NCBI GenBank assembly: GCA_963666365.2
Contig: CAXXNF010000002.1
Location: 1,056,001 to 1,120,000 of the forward strand
Direction of reading: 5' to 3'
DNA: 64,000 bases
DNA from: Syntrophales bacterium
GTDB taxonomy: Bacteria > Desulfobacterota > Syntrophia > Syntrophales > UBA2210
How positions within the stretch are numbered: the stretch's first letter is position 1; every line of letters begins with the position of its first letter. This document shows, piece after piece, positions 59,747 to 64,000 of the stretch. Position numbers and translations under genes: made by a program. Below the pieces are notes generated by a model. It was not told where the DNA came from. It did no database searches and was given only the letters and a program-made list of their open reading frames with translations.

Positions 59747-61058
59747 CGTTGCCGTTGCGACACTGGGCTGCAAAGTCAACTACTACGAATCGGCGGGAAT
59801 TATCGAAAGGCTGGCTGAACAAGGATATACCATAGTGCCATTTTCATCGGAAGCCGACATCTATATCGTCAATACCTGCACCGTGACGGCAAAAACCGAC
59901 TACCAGTCACGGCAGCTTGTGCGAAGAGCCGGGAAACGTAATCCCGAATCATCGATTATTGTTACCGGTTGTTATGCTCAGATTGCGCCGCAGGCGCTGG
60001 CGGAGCTTCCCGGCGTTGTCCTCGTGGCGGGGACGGAGGCAAAAGAACGGATTCCCGAGATTATAGGGACTCTTCGACATTCCGAGGCGGCACACAACAT
60101 TATTACTAGTGATATCAGTCAGGTGCGGAGGTTTTCGGGACTTCCCGTCACGGGATTTCACGGCCGGACGCGGGCCTATCTCAAGATTCAGGACGGCTGC
60201 AATGCCTTTTGCAGTTACTGCATTATTCCCTACGCCCGCGGACCGAGTCGCAGCCTGCCGCCGGATCGGGTGATCGAAGCGGTCCATTCTTTACAGCATG
60301 CGGGCTATCGTGAAGTGATTCTTACAGGCATTCATCTCGGACTCTATGGGAATGATCTCGATCCCCGACTTACTCTTGCTTCGTTGATCCGAAGAATTGA
60401 GGGAGAAACATCGCTGGAGAGATTACGTATAAGTTCAATAGAGCCGATGGAGGTAACGAATTCTTTAATCGACACCATTGCAACTTCTTCTATTACCTGC
60501 CATCATCTTCACATCCCGCTGCAAAGCGGCGATGAACGCGTGCTCGCACGCATGAAGCGCACCTATACTGCTGAGGATTTTCGCGGGCATGTTATGAATA
60601 TCATGGAACGAATGCCGGATGTGGCCGTGGGCACCGACGTGATTACTGGGTTTCCCGGAGAAAGCGAAGAAGAATTTTGCAGGACCCTGTCCTTCATCGA
60701 CGCGTTGCCCCTTGCGTATCTTCACGTATTCCCCTATTCCACACGTCCCGGCACCCACGCCGCTGAAATGGCTGGGCAGATAAAGGAGTCCGTTAAAAAG
60801 AAACGGGCGAAAATCCTTCGGGAAAGAGGCATGGAAAAAAGACGAGCCTTTATTGCCCGCTTTATCGGTAATGAACTATCGGTTCTGGTGGAGGCAAAAA
60901 GCGACGGCGCCGGCGGAGGGCTGAAAGGTTTTTCCGACAACTATATTCCCACGCACATTGCCAACGGGGACAGGACACTTGTAAACCGGATCATTTCCGT
61001 AACGGCGGAACATTGTGAAGGAGAAATTCTCGTGGGAAGGATCAGGACACATGGATAA
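59739..61058 (+). CDS. mtaB: tRNA t6A37 methylthiotransferase
   Basis: TLGCKVNYYES, NTCTVT, KIQDGCNAFCSYC and RISSIEP motifs. Confidence 0.93.
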   Translation: MTSVAVATLGCKVNYYESAGIIERLAEQGYTIVPFSSEADIYIVNTCTVTAKTDYQSRQLVRRAGKRNPESSIIVTGCYAQIAPQALAELPGVVLVAGTEAKERIPEIIGTLRHSEAAHNIITSDISQVRRFSGLPVTGFHGRTRAYLKIQDGCNAFCSYCIIPYARGPSRSLPPDRVIEAVHSLQHAGYREVILTGIHLGLYGNDLDPRLTLASLIRRIEGETSLERLRISSIEPMEVTNSLIDTIATSSITCHHLHIPLQSGDERVLARMKRTYTAEDFRGHVMNIMERMPDVAVGTDVITGFPGESEEEFCRTLSFIDALPLAYLHVFPYSTRPGTHAAEMAGQIKESVKKKRAKILRERGMEKRRAFIARFIGNELSVLVEAKSDGAGGGLKGFSDNYIPTHIANGDRTLVNRIISVTAEHCEGEILVGRIRTHG

Positions 61059-61773
61059 AGAACGGAACGACGAGCTCAGAGCGCTTCAGGAGCGTATAGG
61101 ATATCTCTTTTCGGATGTCGCGCTCCTCGACACCGCGCTCACCCACACCTCTTTTGTGAATGAAAATCAGGGTCTTGGATATGCTGACAACGAACGACTT
61201 GAGTTTCTGGGCGATTCCGTGCTGCAGCTTTCCATAAGCGAGCTCCTCTTCGAGAGGTTCCCCGCTGCCCATGAAGGCACCCTCTCAAAGATCAGGGCAT
61301 CCCTGGTCACGGAACAGTCGCTCGCCGAAGTTGCCCTTTCATTCGGCATCGGACAGTGGCTCCTTCTCGGAAAGGGTGAAGATGGGTCGGGAGGAAGAGA
61401 AAAGCCATCCATCCTTGCCAATGCCTTCGAGGCAATTATCGCGGCGATCTTTCTCGACGGCGGGTATCAAAAAGTCAGGTCTGTCATGGCGACAATATTT
61501 GGTCCTCTCGTCGAACATTCCGAGGAAGAGCGCTTCTACCGCGATGCGAAATCCCATCTTCAGGAAATCTCTCAGGCGCGCTTTAAATTGATCCCGCATT
61601 ATGCACTCATTGAAGAGTACGGCCCTGATCACGACAAGACCTTTGAAATTGAAGTGACCATAGGATGCATTGCAAAAGAACGCGGTCTCGGAAAAAGCAA
61701 AAAGGAGGCCGAGCAGAAAGCGGCAACAAAGGCACTGGAATCACTTGCCGACGAAGGCTGCACAACCGGATGA
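61051..61773 (+). CDS. rnc: Ribonuclease III
   Basis: NERLEFLGDSVL signature and a C-terminal dsRNA-binding domain. Confidence 0.97.
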   Translation: MDKERNDELRALQERIGYLFSDVALLDTALTHTSFVNENQGLGYADNERLEFLGDSVLQLSISELLFERFPAAHEGTLSKIRASLVTEQSLAEVALSFGIGQWLLLGKGEDGSGGREKPSILANAFEAIIAAIFLDGGYQKVRSVMATIFGPLVEHSEEERFYRDAKSHLQEISQARFKLIPHYALIEEYGPDHDKTFEIEVTIGCIAKERGLGKSKKEAEQKAATKALESLADEGCTTG

Positions 61774-62825
61774 AACGACTCATTGTACCCATATTCGTCA
61801 TGAACAGCGGCTGCCCGAATCGATGTGTCTTTTGCAACGAGCGGATTACCGCCGGTGATTTTCCCGACATGGTTACCCGGGATGAATTGAACGCTACCGT
61901 GGAAAGGTATCTCGCCGGCGCCAGGAAGGAACGCTACGACACAGTACAAATTGCCTTTTACGGCGGCAATTTTACCGGCATGACATATTCCTCCCAGGAA
62001 AGGCTCCTCCGGTATGCCCTCCCCTACATCGAAAAGGGGATTGTCTCTTCAATCAGAATATCAACACGGCCCGACTGGATCGATGCTCGCTGTCTCAATT
62101 TTCTCAAGGCCCATCATGTACGCACCGTTGAAATCGGCGCACAGTCCCTTGACGATGAAGTCCTTGCACTATCAAAGCGGGGGCATACTGCGTCCCAGGT
62201 AAAAAGCGCGGTTGCCCTGCTCAAGTCCGGGGGATTTGAAACGGGCGTACACCTGATGGCGGGCCTTCCCGGTGACTCGAAAGACCGTTTTTACCGAACC
62301 GTTTCCGAGACAATCGCCTTTCGCCCCGACACGGTACGAATTCATCCAACCCTTGTATTAAGGGGCACCGTCCTCGCCGACCGGTATGAGCGCGGTCTCT
62401 ATCGGACGCTCTCTCTCAACGAGGCAGTCGACTGGTGCAAGGATGCCCTCCGTCGCTTCAAAGCGGCGGGCATTCTCGTGATAAGAGTCGGGCTCCACCC
62501 CACCGATGAGATGGTCCGGGGTGAAAATGTCATTGCCGGTCCTTTCCACCCCGCCTTTCGATCGCTCGTCGAAAGCGCCCTTTTCCTCGATATGGCCTTA
62601 CAGCTCCTTAAGCATATGACACCTCGAATCAAATCAGTGTGTTTCTCAATTTCTCCGCACGACAGCTCCTACTTTCGGGGCATCAGAAACGTGAACATAG
62701 CCGCACTGGAAACACGCCTCCCCGGCACATCCCTTACCGTCAGAGAAGACCCTCTTCAGAAGAGAGACACCATAGCGATGTCGGCAGATGGAAGACGCTA
62801 TGAAACTGATTGTACGACGGCATAA
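61770..62825 (+). CDS. Radical SAM protein (Elp3/HemN-like), rnc-linked
   Basis: GCPNRCVFC, AFYGGNFT, STRPD and AGPFHPAF motifs. Confidence 0.9.
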   Translation: MKRLIVPIFVMNSGCPNRCVFCNERITAGDFPDMVTRDELNATVERYLAGARKERYDTVQIAFYGGNFTGMTYSSQERLLRYALPYIEKGIVSSIRISTRPDWIDARCLNFLKAHHVRTVEIGAQSLDDEVLALSKRGHTASQVKSAVALLKSGGFETGVHLMAGLPGDSKDRFYRTVSETIAFRPDTVRIHPTLVLRGTVLADRYERGLYRTLSLNEAVDWCKDALRRFKAAGILVIRVGLHPTDEMVRGENVIAGPFHPAFRSLVESALFLDMALQLLKHMTPRIKSVCFSISPHDSSYFRGIRNVNIAALETRLPGTSLTVREDPLQKRDTIAMSADGRRYETDCTTA

Positions 62826-63034
62826 TGAGATTTCTCAACCACCGTCTGCAGCAGATGAAATCTCTCTTGTACACGGCGTTTCCGGTTGGGTCCGCACATG
62901 ACGGGATGTCAGAAATGACTATGTAATATAATTAGTTATTATATAGATATAATATAATGCTTGACAGGCGGCACTCATCCAATTAGTAGACATAACTCAC
63001 TACATTTCATCAAATCAGAAAAAGGAGAACTATC

Positions 63035-63910
63035 ATGACTATGGAAACGCATAAAATCACTGTATCCAGAGGGACATTCAACCTCCGGGACCGGGGTAAT
63101 CAGGACGGATACCCCGTCATCATGCTCCATGGATGGCCTGAGAGTTCTTATTGCTGGGAGGGTGTGACCTCCTTTCTGGATAAGTATCTGCGTGTCATCG
63201 CCCCCGATTTGCGAGGCCTGGGCGAAAGCGAGCGTACACTGGACGTCAAGGCCTATCAAAAATTGGAACTGGCCAAGGACATAATCGAAGTCATAGATTC
63301 TCTTGGGATTAGCGATTTCTACCTTGTCGGCCATGACTGGGGCGGCATCGTGGCCCAGGAGCTGGCGTTTCTTATTCCCGATCGGGTAAAGAAATTCGTC
63401 ATAATGAATATTCCCATCCTGACCAATGCCAAGGGCGCCGCTGAAGTTGAAAAGGCAATGATCGCCATGCGATTCATCCCGTACTGGTATCAATATTTTC
63501 AGATGCAGCCGGGGCTTCCGGAAGCCATGATCAAAGGCAACGAACGCACGTGGATAAGTTATTTTTATGGAAAAAAAGGCAAGGAGGGCGCCATTCCGAA
63601 AGAGGCCATTGAGGAACATATCCGTTGTTACCGCATTGAAAATACACCGGCCACAGGCGCATCCTACTATAGGGCAATGTTCACCCTGGACGCTCCGCAC
63701 TGGGCGACACTTGCCGGAAAGAGATTTTCGATGCCTTCGCTCTATATCTACGGGAATGAAGATTCTGTTATTATTCCTGCAAACATCACCTACCTGGAAG
63801 ATTGCTTTGATTCGATCAGGGTAGAACAAGTAAAGGCGGCTCATTTTCTTCAGGAAGAAAAGCCCCGCGAGGTCGCCGAATTGATGAACGCATTTTTAAG
63901 GGAGAAATAA
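63035..63910 (+). CDS. Alpha/beta hydrolase (epoxide hydrolase-like)
   Basis: HGWPE, GHDWGG (Asp nucleophile), YYRA and catalytic His. Confidence 0.92.
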   Translation: MTMETHKITVSRGTFNLRDRGNQDGYPVIMLHGWPESSYCWEGVTSFLDKYLRVIAPDLRGLGESERTLDVKAYQKLELAKDIIEVIDSLGISDFYLVGHDWGGIVAQELAFLIPDRVKKFVIMNIPILTNAKGAAEVEKAMIAMRFIPYWYQYFQMQPGLPEAMIKGNERTWISYFYGKKGKEGAIPKEAIEEHIRCYRIENTPATGASYYRAMFTLDAPHWATLAGKRFSMPSLYIYGNEDSVIIPANITYLEDCFDSIRVEQVKAAHFLQEEKPREVAELMNAFLREK

Positions 63911-63912
63911 TC

Positions 63913-64000
63913 ATGTCCGGTATTGAGTCGAATAAAGATCAATTTAAAAAATTGGAAGCCAACCCCAACGAAGAGCCCTTTGTTATGTTAAATCTTCTGA
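63913..64000 (+). CDS. DUF1330-like protein, 5' part only
   Basis: GGAG RBS; MSGIESNKDQFKKLEANPNEEPFVMLNLL...; PFVMLNLL resembles DUF1330 N-termini. Confidence 0.55.
   Translation, partial: MSGIESNKDQFKKLEANPNEEPFVMLNLL

Overview
A 64-kb window from an anaerobic Desulfobacterota-like (deltaproteobacterial) chromosome; the taxonomy is inferred from gene content only. The left half (about 1.4-34.1 kb, downstream of tRNA-Pro) is accessory DNA. It holds a cyclic beta-1,2-glucan synthase, a PAS-sigma54 activator and a long minus-strand envelope/stress gene run (ABM, B12-radical SAM, hflKC, ftsH, CsbD, BON, a DUF3494 ice-binding pseudogene, ompA). It also holds an NnrR-like module, two mobile elements that each interrupt a gene, and a toxin-antitoxin islet between tRNA-Pro and a degenerate copy of its 3' half. 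The right half is mostly core genes (rdgB, rph, amidase, relA/spoT, proS, ispG, miaA, mnmA, mtaB, rnc) plus catabolic genes (thiolase-like/DUF35, tandem SDR, AOR). Best leads: (1) a tyrosine-recombinase + Y2/HUH element inserted at G^TT with no duplication, whose two ends form an attC-like hairpin only when joined; (2) a thiolase-fold gene with an in-frame TGA at codon 87 followed by a SECIS-like hairpin, a candidate selenoprotein; (3) a shared sigma54 promoter and enhancer motif linking cgs and the stress gene run; (4) a SAM-II riboswitch coupled to an intrinsic terminator upstream of metK. All product calls come from motif recognition by eye; no searches were run.
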